From a candidate division FCPU426 bacterium (lineage in GTDB: Bacteria > Oederibacteriota > Muellerivitia > Muellerivitales > Muellerivitaceae): a stretch of 64,000 nt of DNA. This document shows positions 8,330-19,148 of this stretch, piece after piece (position 1 is the first letter of the stretch; each line of letters starts with the position of its first letter). Under the pieces are notes generated by a model. It saw only the letters and a program-made list of their open reading frames with translations, did no database searches and had not been told where the DNA came from. The DNA is taken from positions 1 to 64,000 of the forward strand of contig CAVYSE010000011.1 in the NCBI GenBank assembly GCA_963771075.1, read 5' to 3'. Both the position numbers and the translations under genes were made by a program.

Positions 8330-9091
8330 ATGCCCAATCTCCCCATTCATCTGGTTGTGGCCACCCCTTGTTACGGGGGCCAGGTCACGGCCATTTACAC
8401 CAACTCCCTCCTAAAGTTGAAAGACGCCTGCCACGGGAGGGGGGAAATTGATTTACAGGTAAAAATGTTGTTTGGGGATGCCCTTATTCCCCGGGCGAGG
8501 CAGGATCTCGTGGCGCAGTTTTTGGAAACCGAGAACGCAACCCATCTTCTCTTTATCGACGCGGATATCGGCTTTGAGCCGGACCAGGTGTTTCGCCTCC
8601 TCCAATTCAACGCAGACGTGGCGGCGGGGGTCTATCCGGCCAAGGTGATCAATTGGCCCCGGGTGGCCGCCCAAGCCAAGGCGGGCTTGGGCCGAATCGA
8701 GTCCGCCGCCCTGTCCTACGTGGTGGGGGCGGAGAACCCGGAAAAAATAGAGGTTAAGGGGGGCTTCGCCAAGGTGCGCTACGCCGGAACGGGATTCATG
8801 CTGGTCAAAAAGTCTGTCCTATTGGCGATGATCGAAAAGTATCCACGTCTCAAGTATTCCAACCAGTTCAGCGCCAAGGAAGTGGGGAAGCAAAGAAATT
8901 TTCTTTTCGCGCTCTTTAATTGCATCCTGGATGAGGAGACCGGGGTTTATTTAAGCGAGGATTTCAGCTTTTGCCGGCGTTGGACCGACATGGGCGGCGA
9001 GATTTGGGTGGACCTGCAAAGCCGCTTGGACCACATGGGGTCCATGGTTTTTCAAGGAGATCTTTCCACGCAGTTTCCTAATCTTCCTTAA
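8330..9091 (+). CDS. GT-A fold glycosyltransferase-like protein
   Basis: ATPCYGG, LIPRAR, HLLFIDADI, GTGFMLV, LSEDFSFC. Confidence 0.75.
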   Translation: MPNLPIHLVVATPCYGGQVTAIYTNSLLKLKDACHGRGEIDLQVKMLFGDALIPRARQDLVAQFLETENATHLLFIDADIGFEPDQVFRLLQFNADVAAGVYPAKVINWPRVAAQAKAGLGRIESAALSYVVGAENPEKIEVKGGFAKVRYAGTGFMLVKKSVLLAMIEKYPRLKYSNQFSAKEVGKQRNFLFALFNCILDEETGVYLSEDFSFCRRWTDMGGEIWVDLQSRLDHMGSMVFQGDLSTQFPNLP

Positions 9092-9104
9092 AACATCAAA
9101 TTCT

Positions 9105-9202
9105 CACCACAGAGACACGGAGCCACAGAGAAAAGATTTATTTTTAACGCTAACAAAACCGAAATAACATTTTTTACTCTGAGTCTCTGTGCCTCTGTGG
9201 TG
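9105..9202. repeat. Intergenic inverted repeat with 9-bp-periodic arms
   Basis: CACCACAGAGACACGGAGCCACAGAG ... CTCTGAGTCTCTGTGCCTCTGTGGTG. Confidence 0.85.
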
Positions 9203-9281
9203 GGATATTCGTTTTGTTTTATGTAAAAAGTTAACCTTGCGGGGTTGATAGTCGCTTGTCTTTTCCCCCAAGCTAGGGACC

Positions 9282-11360
9282 ATGAATTCCTTCATGCACA
9301 CCAATCGGCTCATTCAGGAAAAAAGCCCCTACTTGCTTCAGCACGCCCACAACCCGGTGGACTGGTACCCCTGGGGTGAAGAGGCTTTTGAGCAGGCGAA
9401 GAAGGAAAACAAGCCCATCTTCCTTTCCATCGGTTACTCCACTTGCCACTGGTGCCACGTGATGGAGCGGGAAAGTTTCGAGAACGAAGCCACCGCCCAG
9501 ATCATGAACGAGCATTTCGTGTGCATCAAGGTGGACCGGGAAGAACGCCCGGACGTGGACCAGATCTACATGAACGCGGTGATGATGCTCACCGGCCAGG
9601 GGGGATGGCCTTTGAACCTGTTCCTGACCCCGGATCTCAAGCCCTTTTATGGGGGAACCTATTTCGCGCCCGACGGCCGCTACGGCCGGCCTGGATTTCC
9701 CTCGGTTCTGGAGGATGTCAGCCGGGCCTGGAAACATAAGCCGGAGGAAGTGGAAAAGGCGGGACAACAGCTCTCTTCCATCATCCAAAACGTCTCTCCG
9801 GCAACCCCGGGCGGGCCCTTGAAGGCCGAAATACTCGCCCAGGCGCGGAATGAATTGGAGCGGGGTTTCGACCCGAGGGATGGCGGGTTCCGGGGCGCTC
9901 CCAAGTTCCCGCCCGCGATGGCGATTCAATTTCTGCTCAGGTTGTACCGAAAAACGGATGAAAAAGGGATCCTACCCCTAGTGGAAGTGACACTCGACAA
10001 AATGTGCCAGGGCGGGATTTACGACCAGTTGGGCGGGGGTTTTTCCCGCTATTCCACCGACGACCAATGGCTGATTCCCCATTTCGAGAAGATGCTCTAC
10101 GACAACGCCCTTCTCGCCCGTGCCTACCTGGAGGCCTACCAGGTGACGGGCAAAGAAGAATATGCCCGGGTGGCAAGGGAAGTTTTCACCTACTTATTCC
10201 GGGACATGACCAGTCCGGAAGGGGCCTTTTACAGCGCCGAGGACGCTGATAGCGAGGGCGAGGAAGGGAAGTTTTATGTTTGGACTCCCGCCGAACTAAA
10301 AAAAATCCTCGGTGAAGCCGATGGGATGGCATTTGGCGGGATCTATGGGGTGACGGAAGCTGGAAATTTCGAGGGCCATAACATCCTTCATCTGAAAGGG
10401 AGCCTTCCCGAATCCCTCCGGAAGCTAGGAAAGGATGAAAAGTGGCTGGAACAAGCGCGGAACAAAGTTTTGGGGGAAAGGATTAAGCGAGTCCGCCCGC
10501 ATTTGGACGACAAGATCCTCACGGCATGGAACAGCTTGATGATCTCCTCCCTCGCTTACGGTTACCAGGTTCTGGGTGAGGTCGCCTACCTGAAGGCCGC
10601 CCAAAAGGCTTCTGATTTTATTGAAAGGAATCTTTTCAAGGAGGGTCGGCTATTGGCCTCCTACCGGCATGGACCGTCCGACATTCAGGGTTACATTGAC
10701 GATTACTCCTTTTTCCAGGCCGCCCAACTAGACCTATACGAAAGCACTTTCGACCTGGCCTATTTGAAAAAGGCCGTCTTTTTGGAAAAAGAAATGGGCA
10801 GGCTTTTTTGGGACGAGAAACACGGCGGATATTTTTTCACCGGCTTGGATCAAAAGGACGCCCACCGCCTCCTCGCCCGCACCAAGGATTCCCATGACGG
10901 GGTGATCCCCTCAGGGAATTCGGTGGCGGCCTTGAGCCTTTTTCGATTAGCCGAATTCACAGGGCAAAAGGAATATCGGGACCGCGCGGACTCAATCTTT
11001 AGGGCTTTCTCAAACCTTTTGGATAGGGGCGCCTCCAATTTCCCGATGATGCTTCAGGCATTCCAATTTGACCTTTATGGACCCGTGGAAATTTTCGTGG
11101 TGGGGCCCCAAAGCGCGTCCCAAAATATTTTAAAACTCATCTGGAACGCTTATTTGCCGGAAAAAGTGCTGGCTTTTGCCGAAGAAGGCCAAATGAAGGA
11201 TTTAAGGGCCTTGATCCCTTGGCTGGAGGGTCGTTTAACCCAAGGTGGAAAAACGACTGTCTACGTTTGCCAGAATTACCAATGCCGACTTCCCGTAACC
11301 GACCCAATAGAATTAATGAAGCTTTTACACATCCATGAACCGTCAAATGAGATGTTGTAA
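9282..11360 (+). CDS. YyaL/SSP411 family thioredoxin-domain protein
   Basis: [48 protein letters not shown]. Confidence 0.95.
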   Translation: MNSFMHTNRLIQEKSPYLLQHAHNPVDWYPWGEEAFEQAKKENKPIFLSIGYSTCHWCHVMERESFENEATAQIMNEHFVCIKVDREERPDVDQIYMNAVMMLTGQGGWPLNLFLTPDLKPFYGGTYFAPDGRYGRPGFPSVLEDVSRAWKHKPEEVEKAGQQLSSIIQNVSPATPGGPLKAEILAQARNELERGFDPRDGGFRGAPKFPPAMAIQFLLRLYRKTDEKGILPLVEVTLDKMCQGGIYDQLGGGFSRYSTDDQWLIPHFEKMLYDNALLARAYLEAYQVTGKEEYARVAREVFTYLFRDMTSPEGAFYSAEDADSEGEEGKFYVWTPAELKKILGEADGMAFGGIYGVTEAGNFEGHNILHLKGSLPESLRKLGKDEKWLEQARNKVLGERIKRVRPHLDDKILTAWNSLMISSLAYGYQVLGEVAYLKAAQKASDFIERNLFKEGRLLASYRHGPSDIQGYIDDYSFFQAAQLDLYESTFDLAYLKKAVFLEKEMGRLFWDEKHGGYFFTGLDQKDAHRLLARTKDSHDGVIPSGNSVAALSLFRLAEFTGQKEYRDRADSIFRAFSNLLDRGASNFPMMLQAFQFDLYGPVEIFVVGPQSASQNILKLIWNAYLPEKVLAFAEEGQMKDLRALIPWLEGRLTQGGKTTVYVCQNYQCRLPVTDPIELMKLLHIHEPSNEML

Positions 11361-11411
11361 GCAGTAAACCGATCCAGGTCATAACCCGGGTCCACTTTAA
11401 GGAGGGATTTT

Positions 11412-11696
11412 ATGGTTCGTAAAATTTTCGCCTTTGGATTGATGCTGGGATTTTTAGCATTCTTGGCCGCAGCTTCTCCCGCCAGTGCCGGGGAAAAGTA
11501 CCCGAATCTGGACAAGGCGATCAGGGCCTTGAAAGCGGCGGAGGGTGATTTGAACAAGGCTCCCCATGATTTCGGTGGGCATAAAGCGGATGCCTTGGCC
11601 GCTTGTGAGGAAGCTATCAAGCAGTTGGGATTGGCCAAACAGTTCCGGAATGACGTCAATGCCATGAAGAAAAACGAAGCTCAGCAGGCCCATTAA
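11412..11696 (+). CDS. Small secreted helical protein
   Basis: GGAGG RBS, signal peptide ending PASA, HDFGGHK motif, terminator downstream. Confidence 0.75.
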   Translation: MVRKIFAFGLMLGFLAFLAAASPASAGEKYPNLDKAIRALKAAEGDLNKAPHDFGGHKADALAACEEAIKQLGLAKQFRNDVNAMKKNEAQQAH

Positions 11697-11750
11697 TCGG
11701 TTCTTAATCAACCGATTCGGTGGACCACCCAGCGATGGGTTCAGGAGAAC

Positions 11751-11783
11751 AAAAAAGGCGGCCTTCGGGCCGCCTTTTTTGTT
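11751..11783 (+). terminator. Rho-independent terminator (bidirectional-type)
   Basis: AAAAAAGGCGGCC-TTCG-GGCCGCCTTTTTT. Confidence 0.9.
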
Positions 11784-11883
11784 TATTTATCAATGCATTA
11801 AGAAAATTAGCTTTACCTTTTAATCTTAAAAATTAAAATTAGGTCCCCTTTGGGGTAAACCTATTTTTGATTAAGGAGAATGT

Positions 11884-12804
11884 ATGAGATTTTTATCCTT
11901 GGCCTTGATCCTGATTTCCTTTGCGGCTCCCTGTTTCTTGCGGGCGCAAGACGCCAAAACCAGCGCCGATGCCAGCGCGCCCGCTTCCGCCGGAACGGTA
12001 GTCCCAGCCGCCGTGGCCGCTTCCCCGGCCGCCACGGATGTTTGGACAAAGCAAATCATCACCAGCCTGACCTTGAACCAAGGATCCTTCACGAATTGGG
12101 CGCAGGGCGGGGCCAACTTCATTTCCTGGCAGGCGGGTTTCAACGGGAAGTTGGAAGAAAACAACCCATCCATCGATTGGCTCAACACGCTGAAAATGCA
12201 ATATGGGCTGACCTACTCGGATAACCAAGGCACCCAAATCACCGCGGATACGATCGACTTGGAAAGCGTGTTTTCGGTGAAGGTCTGGCCCCAAGTGAGT
12301 CCCTATGCCTCCTTTTCCGCCCAAAGCCAGTTTGGCGCGGGTTACAACTATTCGGCGAGCCCGGCGGCTCAAAATTCCGACTTCATGGACCCGGGGTATT
12401 TCACGGAGGGCGCGGGGCTGAAATACACACCGGGCGCGGTATTCAATACCCGCCTGGGGTTGGCCGTGAAGGAAACCGTCGCCAGTGTTTACGAAAACCC
12501 ATACACCCTGAACCCAACCACCGGCCAGATCCAAAATGTCCTGACGGAAGTGGGTCTCGATTCCGTCTCCGAGTTGAGCTGGAAATTCGCGAACAACTCG
12601 AATTGGGACTCAAAACTCGACATGTTTTGGAACGGGGACGCCTTAAACTATACCGTCCTGGAATGGGACAACACCCTTGCCCTGGGCGTTTCCAAAATCA
12701 TCAGCGTCAACTTTGAGAATGACTACCGGTACGACTATAAGGTCTATCAGGGAGTGCAGATCAAGGAAACGGTGGGTATCGGTTTCGCCTATAGCTTGCT
12801 GTAA
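11884..12804 (+). CDS. DUF3078-like outer membrane beta-barrel protein
   Basis: Signal peptide; [33 protein letters not shown]. Confidence 0.75.
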   Translation: MRFLSLALILISFAAPCFLRAQDAKTSADASAPASAGTVVPAAVAASPAATDVWTKQIITSLTLNQGSFTNWAQGGANFISWQAGFNGKLEENNPSIDWLNTLKMQYGLTYSDNQGTQITADTIDLESVFSVKVWPQVSPYASFSAQSQFGAGYNYSASPAAQNSDFMDPGYFTEGAGLKYTPGAVFNTRLGLAVKETVASVYENPYTLNPTTGQIQNVLTEVGLDSVSELSWKFANNSNWDSKLDMFWNGDALNYTVLEWDNTLALGVSKIISVNFENDYRYDYKVYQGVQIKETVGIGFAYSLL

Positions 12805-12832
12805 AACTGGATTCAAGATTAAGGAGAAAAAC

Positions 12833-13246
12833 ATGGGAATCATGAAAGAATTCAAGGAATTCGCGGTGAAGGGGAATATGGTCGACCTGGCGGTCGGTAT
12901 CATCATCGGGGGAGCGTTCGGGAAGGTCGTTTCCTCCATCGTTTCCGACGTCCTCATGCCTCCCCTGGGTTACCTGATCGGCGGGATTAATTTCACCGAC
13001 ATTAAGATCCACCTGAAAGCGCCCGCGATCGACCTGGCGGGAAAGGCGGCCCAAGAGGTGACGATCAACATCGGCAATTTTATCCAGTCGATGGTGGATT
13101 TCGGGATCGTGGCTTTCGCGGTCTTTCTCCTGGTCAAGGGAATCAACCGGTTGCACCAGAAAGAGGCCGAGGCGCCAGTGGCTCCGCCGCCTCCCACGAA
13201 ACAAGAGGAGTTGCTGGGAGAAATTCGCGATTTGTTGAAGAAGTAA
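12833..13246 (+). CDS. mscL: Large-conductance mechanosensitive channel
   Basis: [39 protein letters not shown]. Confidence 0.97.
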   Translation: MGIMKEFKEFAVKGNMVDLAVGIIIGGAFGKVVSSIVSDVLMPPLGYLIGGINFTDIKIHLKAPAIDLAGKAAQEVTINIGNFIQSMVDFGIVAFAVFLLVKGINRLHQKEAEAPVAPPPPTKQEELLGEIRDLLKK

Positions 13247-13416
13247 CCGGCACACCGTAACAAACCAAAATCTTTCAGCTTTTATTAGGACTAAAAGGGA
13301 AGCTTATGAAAGCTTCCCTTTTTTTTGTCGAGGCCCATTGCCTGACCCGCATCATAAGTAAGTTCCTTCTCCCGGTTGTAAAACTATGTTTCCGCCATTC
13401 TTGTCGGGGGTTAGGA

Positions 13417-13767
13417 ATGAAAGAATTTAAAAACTTCGCCTTGCGGGGCAATTTATTGGACCTGGTGGTCGGCATCGCGTTGGCTGGGGGTTTGGTGAAA
13501 CTCAGCAGCGCCTTGGTGGCGGATGTGGTCATGCCCTTATTGGGCGGGGCAAACCTTGGATCTCCCGGCGCTTTATCGCAGGGAACCGACTTTCATACGG
13601 CCCATCTTTTCCAAGCATTCGTTGATTTTGCGTTTTTGTCCCTCATCCTCTATCTTCTTTTCCGTTTTGTTCACCGTCTGCGCAAGGCTTCCCCGGCGCA
13701 TATAAGTGTCATGGCCCGCCAGGAACAACTCTTAACTGAAATCCGGGACCTGTTGAAAAAACAGTAA
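13417..13767 (+). CDS. mscL: Divergent second MscL paralogue
   Basis: KEFKNFALRGNLLDLVVGI, LLTEIRDLLK. Confidence 0.85.
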   Translation: MKEFKNFALRGNLLDLVVGIALAGGLVKLSSALVADVVMPLLGGANLGSPGALSQGTDFHTAHLFQAFVDFAFLSLILYLLFRFVHRLRKASPAHISVMARQEQLLTEIRDLLKKQ

Positions 13768-13882
13768 GGTCCTCTCCTTTCGATCTGCCTTCCGGATGGC
13801 TCCGTCCCTTCCAATTGGGGTGGCAGCCCCATTAAGATGGGCGCCATTGGCGATGATCCCATCTTCCGTCGGGGAGGGTTTG

Positions 13883-14716
13883 ATGAAGTCGGTGGATATG
13901 CGGTTGGAGCGCGCGCAAAGCAGGTTCCTTTGGGCAACCCTTTCGCTTCCCCCGGAAAACCGATATCCGCTTATCGTCATGGCCCATGGTTTTCTAGGGT
14001 TCAAGGATTGGGCTTTTTTCCCGTGGCTGGCAGAGTATTTCAACCAGGCGGGTTTCCCCGTCCTGCGTTTTAACTTTTCGGGTTCCGGCATGGGCCCGGC
14101 CAAGGATGGGCCCTTCACTGAGCTGGAGGCCTTTCAGGAAGATAGCATCTCCAAACAGGTCGAGGATTTGCGCTACGTCGCTTCCGCGGCGGTGCAGGGC
14201 GCCCTCCACCCCGACTTTCCCCCTCAAGTGAAGGTTTTCCTGTGGGGTCATTCCAGGGGCGCGGGTGTTTGCCTTTTATCCGGAACACAGGTTCCCGAGA
14301 CGGCGGGGATCGCCTGTTGGGCTCCCATCGCCCGGGTTAACCGTTATTTTTATGAAGCTAAACAAGCCTGGCGAAGGGATGGCCTCTATCCCGTGGAAAG
14401 CAACCGCACGGGGCAAAAGTTGGGCTATGGGGTAGGATTTCTCGAGGATTTGGAAGTCTGGGGAAGGGAAGGGGATGTGCCTACTTTCTTGCACCATCTG
14501 AACGCGCCTGTCTTGCTCCTGCATGGCTCGGAGGATTCCAGCGTTCCACCGGAGGAATCGGAAAGTTTGGCCGCGGTCAAACCGGAGGCCCAATTAGCGA
14601 TCCTGGCGGGGGCAGACCACAAGTTCAACAGCGCCCACCCCTTTCTTCATCCCTCGGGAGTATTGGTGGAGGCGGCCCAGAAGACGGTACGGTTTTATGA
14701 GGGATCACTGGTTTGA
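13883..14716 (+). CDS. Alpha/beta hydrolase
   Basis: HGFLGFKDW, GHSRG nucleophile elbow, HGSED, GADHKF. Confidence 0.9.
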   Translation: MKSVDMRLERAQSRFLWATLSLPPENRYPLIVMAHGFLGFKDWAFFPWLAEYFNQAGFPVLRFNFSGSGMGPAKDGPFTELEAFQEDSISKQVEDLRYVASAAVQGALHPDFPPQVKVFLWGHSRGAGVCLLSGTQVPETAGIACWAPIARVNRYFYEAKQAWRRDGLYPVESNRTGQKLGYGVGFLEDLEVWGREGDVPTFLHHLNAPVLLLHGSEDSSVPPEESESLAAVKPEAQLAILAGADHKFNSAHPFLHPSGVLVEAAQKTVRFYEGSLV

Positions 14717-15420
14717 TTCCCGCCCAATCCACCCGCCCTTCGGTAACCAAGATCGGGAAGGTCCATGCCCTTTTGGGTTATCCGAACGCATTTCGGTTGG
14801 AAGATTTTCCGGGTTTTTCCCTGAAGGACTTAAGAAATCTTGAGCGCTATTATTCCACCCAAAGAACCCGCCATCGCCTGCCTGAGAAGAAGGTGGGTTG
14901 GCAAACCGCCGAAAGCCAAAGGGTGAGGTTTGAGGCCCTGGTTTCGGTCGAACCCCTTGCCGGTTTAAAAATTCTCGATTTGGGCTGCGGCCTGGGGGGG
15001 TTTTACGGCTTCCTGAGGGAAAGGGAAATTCCAATTGATTACACCGGTATCGATCTTTTTCCCCCTTTGGTCGCGGAGGCCCGCAAGCTTAATCCCGGAA
15101 TCCGGATCGTGTCCCGCGTCCTATTGGCACAGCCCTTCCCCACCCGAAGCTTTGACTATGTTTTCCTTTCGGGGGTTTTCAATGTGCGGGTCCGGGACAA
15201 TTGGCAATACATGCGGGCCCTTTTGCGGGAGGCCCTGAAAGAATCCCGACGGGGAGTGGGGTTCAACGTCTTAAACGCCGATGCGGATTTGCGGGAGGCG
15301 GACCGGTTCGGGGCCAATCCCCGGGAGCTCGTTTCCTTTTGCCGCAGGCTGGGACCATCGCGGGTACAGTTGATGGACCACTACCATCCTTTGGACCTGA
15401 CGGTTTTTCTTTTCAAGTAA
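14713..15420 (+). CDS. Class I SAM-dependent methyltransferase
   Basis: ILDLGCGLG, YTGID, FDYVFLSG. Confidence 0.88.
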   Translation: MIPAQSTRPSVTKIGKVHALLGYPNAFRLEDFPGFSLKDLRNLERYYSTQRTRHRLPEKKVGWQTAESQRVRFEALVSVEPLAGLKILDLGCGLGGFYGFLREREIPIDYTGIDLFPPLVAEARKLNPGIRIVSRVLLAQPFPTRSFDYVFLSGVFNVRVRDNWQYMRALLREALKESRRGVGFNVLNADADLREADRFGANPRELVSFCRRLGPSRVQLMDHYHPLDLTVFLFK

Positions 15421-15530
15421 AAGATGTTCCGGATGAACCGGGGTTTTCCCTCTCTTGAATGTTTTTCCCACCCGCTTAATTCTCCAAATTAACTAGAAAT
15501 AAGGGGTGTTCATCCCCTACACTCGGTTTC

Positions 15531-16355
15531 ATGAAACTTGGCGCGCCCAAACGAATCATTTCCTTGGCCCAGCCCATTACGGACATCCTGGATTACATGG
15601 GCTTGTCAGAAAAGGTCACGACCCTCAAGGAATATTACGAGGAATTCCCAATCCAATCCGATCGCCAAAAACCGGAATATTGGTTTTCCATGGCGGTGGG
15701 CCGGGCCGTCAGCCAAAAAGCCGACCTGGTGATCACCCTTTCCCTGGCCCAGCAGGATCTCCATAAACGATTTAAGGAACATGGCATTCCGGTCCTTCAC
15801 TTGGACCCGCGATCCCTGCGGGACGTGGAGGATTTGTTTTACCAAATCGGGAAAGCGGTCGGGGAGCAGGATCGGGGACGGGAACTGGGGCGCGATTTTT
15901 CCGGTGGAATCACCGCCTTAAAAGAGAAGATACCCCTGAACGCCTACCGCCCCAAACTTTACTGCGAGGAATGGAACAAACCGCCTTCTGTCGCCGGGGG
16001 TTGGTGGCCCGATTTGATGGCCGACCTGGGCGCGCATTATTTTCCCATTTTGCCCAGGGAAATCAGCCGGGAAGTCCGAATCCAGGAAGTGATCCGGTTT
16101 GATCCCGAAATTATCGTCTTTTCCATTTATGGCCAGGGATTGGAATTTGATCCTTCCGAGGCCCTCAAGCGGATTGGCTGGGAAGACTTGTTCGCGGTCC
16201 GGAAAAGGAAAATTTTCACCGTGGATTCGTCTCTTTTAAATTATCCGGGACCCCGTTTAATCGAGGGGGCCAAGGTAATCCAATCCATCGTAGGAGAGTG
16301 TTTTTGGGGCTGGCCCCTGGTGGACCCGGAACAGGCCCGGCGGGTGACCACTTAA
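15531..16355 (+). CDS. Helical-backbone (BtuF/Fe-siderophore type) substrate-binding-like protein, no evident signal peptide
   Basis: PKRIISLA, YCEEW, DPEIIV, PGPRLIEG. Confidence 0.75.
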   Translation: MKLGAPKRIISLAQPITDILDYMGLSEKVTTLKEYYEEFPIQSDRQKPEYWFSMAVGRAVSQKADLVITLSLAQQDLHKRFKEHGIPVLHLDPRSLRDVEDLFYQIGKAVGEQDRGRELGRDFSGGITALKEKIPLNAYRPKLYCEEWNKPPSVAGGWWPDLMADLGAHYFPILPREISREVRIQEVIRFDPEIIVFSIYGQGLEFDPSEALKRIGWEDLFAVRKRKIFTVDSSLLNYPGPRLIEGAKVIQSIVGECFWGWPLVDPEQARRVTT

Positions 16356-16605
16356 GCCTCGTTGGTTAGCTATATTGAATCAATCCTATATTAGGGAACG
16401 ATTCACCTGGCCAAGGGCGGTTTGAATTGGTTTTGTTTGCAGTTTTTATTACTTTCCCTCCCTTTTTAAAGCGAACCTGTTTTTCCTAATCTTCGCAGGA
16501 AAAGATATAATTCCACCCACGATGGAATTATCCATATGATTATGTTTAGTATTTTAAATGAAATTACAGGCCCCCGGACGGGCCGGGTCAAGAATGGGAG
16601 CGGAC

Positions 16606-17127
16606 ATGCCAGAAAATAATACGGCCATTCCCGAGCCGGAAAAGGGCTCATATCAAATTCCAAGTTCCAAGGAACTTTACGAGTTTTTCAACCAATTCCT
16701 AATCCGATGGGCTAATTTGACGGGGGAATACATCTCCTGGCAACAGGAAACCCTTCTTCCGATGGGATTGGAGGAGGGGATCCTATTTTCCGAACCCACA
16801 ACGGGGCTTTTGATCCTTCGAGCCACGGAAAACTTCAGGCGTTATCTCCTGAATGAGTTCGAACGCAAGCAAAAAGACGAACATCCCTACAAGGGCGAAA
16901 TATTCATGGAGATGACGGTCCTCTTTTGGCACCTATTCGCCAAAAAGTATTTTCAATTAGATAGTCGAAAAATGACCCCCGCGATCCTGCGTACCTCGAT
17001 CCCCGCTGATTGGCCGGACCGAGAACCGCAAGCCGCATCCCTCATCATGGTCAAGGGAAACGCTCTCGAATTAAGGCTTTGGATCGGGTTGGAACAGAGG
17101 GATATCTTGCGTTTCCGCCATGTCTAA
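16606..17127 (+). CDS. Hypothetical protein, possibly CheX/CheC-like fold
   Basis: ORF with GGAG RBS; GILFSEPTTGLLILR...EIFMEMTV pattern; upstream of a sensor kinase. Confidence 0.45.
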   Translation: MPENNTAIPEPEKGSYQIPSSKELYEFFNQFLIRWANLTGEYISWQQETLLPMGLEEGILFSEPTTGLLILRATENFRRYLLNEFERKQKDEHPYKGEIFMEMTVLFWHLFAKKYFQLDSRKMTPAILRTSIPADWPDREPQAASLIMVKGNALELRLWIGLEQRDILRFRHV

Positions 17128-17172
17128 CGCTGATCCCAACCGGGTCAATTCCTACCCCGCCCTTTTGCTAAA

Positions 17173-19083
17173 ATGGTTACCCCTGGAGTTGAATTTCCAA
17201 GGATACCGCCCTCTCAGGACCAACCGATGAGCCCCATACCCGCCGATTTTTCCCGTGTTTTGCCCATGAAAACCCATGCTTTCATTGACCCGAAATTTCA
17301 AAAGATCTTTCAAGAGGGGCCCATCCCCATGTTGATCACCGAAAACCGCCAAATCGTGGCGGTGAACCGGGCCTTCACCCTCTTGCTGGGATATACCCCC
17401 GAGGAATTCCTGGGGCGAAGGATGTCGCAATGGGTTCTTCCGGCGGACCGGGAAGAGAGTGATCGCCAAGGCCAGGCCCTCGCGGAGGGAAAGATCTCGG
17501 GTTTCCGCATGAGAAAGCGGTATTTGCGCAAGGACGGCCAGGTGATATGGGGTGATGTCACCGTGACACTCCTGCCGGGCGACGGTACGGGGCCTAGCAT
17601 CGCTATTTCCATGATTGAGAATATCACCGAGCGAAAAATGGCTGAGGAGGCGCTTCTCCGCTCGGAGGCCGATTTAAGGTCGGTCTTCAATAGCGGGTCC
17701 CAGGGGATGGTTCTCCTTGGGCCCGATGGGACGCTGCGCGATTACAATCGAAACGCCCAAAGGATGATCCAAGAGTTATTGAACGCCGCCTTTGAGAAGG
17801 GACGGCCATTCCGGAATTTTGTTCCTTCCGAGCTATTATCCGATTTCGACGAGAAATTCGAAAAAGCGCTCCAGGGCGAATATGTTTTGGCGGAACGGGG
17901 AATTAAAACAACCACGGGGCAGGAATCCTGGATGGAGTTCACCTATAACCCCGTCTTGGACGATTCAGGCGAGGTTATTTCCGTCTGCATGACCGCCAAT
18001 CCCGTCGATGAGAGGCGTCGGGCCATGGAAGCCCTGCGGGAAAGCGAGGAACGCTACCGGAGATTGGTGGAGTTTTCACCGGAAGCGGTGCTGGTCCATT
18101 CGGAGGGAAAAATCCTCTACGCCAACCCCGCCTGTTTGGAAGGGCTGAAAGCCCCCTCCCTGGAACACTTGACGGGCCGGCCTATCCTCGAGTTTATCCA
18201 TCCCGACTACCGGGAGCTCACCCTTTCCCGCGTATCCCGGATCTTGGAAAAAAAAGAATCCAATGAATGGGTCGAGCAAAAAATGCTTTCCCTGGACGGT
18301 GAAATCCTGGAGGTGGAAACCAAGGGAACGCCATTCAATTACCTGGGGCGTCCCGCGGTCTTGACCCTGGTCCGGGATATTCGCGACCGAAAGAGAAACC
18401 AGGCGACGATCCTCCGCTATGAGCGCCTCGCGGCGATAGGCCAGGTCATCGCGGGCATCGCCCATGAAATCCGAACCCCCCTTTCCATCGTGGGCGCCAC
18501 CGCCCAATCGTTGCGCGGGAAAGGGGAGGAAAAAGGGGAATGGATCCAGGAAACGGAAACCCTTCTCGCGCAGACCGAACGGCTACGCCGGTTCTTTGAC
18601 GATATCCTGGATTACTCCAAGGAAATGTCGATCAAAAAGGAAAAGCGTTCCTTACGCGGTATCGTGGAACAGGCCTTGTCGACCGCCCGATCCCAGGCGC
18701 CCTCCCCTGAGCAGGTGGAAATCATGTGGGATTGGGACGCCAAGACGCCCCTCCTCGCGGTGGATGGCCTCCGTTTAGAACAGGTTTTGTTCAACCTGAT
18801 CCTCAACGCATTTCAGGCGCTTAAAAAAGGAGGGAACCTCCTCTTGGCGTCTCATATCCAGACGGGATGGGTGCTTTTGGAAATCCGGGACGATGGGATC
18901 GGAATCCCCGAAAACGTTCTTCCCAGGATGTTCGAACCCTTTTTTACGACAAAAAAACAGGGAACCGGTTTGGGCCTTCCCATCAGCCAAAAAATCGTGG
19001 AGGCGCATGGAGGCCGTATTGAGGTGAGAAACCTACGGCCCCATGGGACCTGTTTTACGCTCTTTCTGCCCCAGGCCGATTAG
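17173..19083 (+). CDS. Cytoplasmic triple-PAS sensor histidine kinase
   Basis: Three PAS/PAC repeats; H-box AHEIRTPL; NLILNA, DDGIG, FEPFFTTK, GTGLGL; start uncertain. Confidence 0.93.
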   Translation: MVTPGVEFPRIPPSQDQPMSPIPADFSRVLPMKTHAFIDPKFQKIFQEGPIPMLITENRQIVAVNRAFTLLLGYTPEEFLGRRMSQWVLPADREESDRQGQALAEGKISGFRMRKRYLRKDGQVIWGDVTVTLLPGDGTGPSIAISMIENITERKMAEEALLRSEADLRSVFNSGSQGMVLLGPDGTLRDYNRNAQRMIQELLNAAFEKGRPFRNFVPSELLSDFDEKFEKALQGEYVLAERGIKTTTGQESWMEFTYNPVLDDSGEVISVCMTANPVDERRRAMEALRESEERYRRLVEFSPEAVLVHSEGKILYANPACLEGLKAPSLEHLTGRPILEFIHPDYRELTLSRVSRILEKKESNEWVEQKMLSLDGEILEVETKGTPFNYLGRPAVLTLVRDIRDRKRNQATILRYERLAAIGQVIAGIAHEIRTPLSIVGATAQSLRGKGEEKGEWIQETETLLAQTERLRRFFDDILDYSKEMSIKKEKRSLRGIVEQALSTARSQAPSPEQVEIMWDWDAKTPLLAVDGLRLEQVLFNLILNAFQALKKGGNLLLASHIQTGWVLLEIRDDGIGIPENVLPRMFEPFFTTKKQGTGLGLPISQKIVEAHGGRIEVRNLRPHGTCFTLFLPQAD

Positions 19084-19148
19084 GCTTCATACCTTTAAAA
19101 ATGTTTATACTTTACTAAAACGTTTTATTTTTTTATTCTTGGTCCGTT

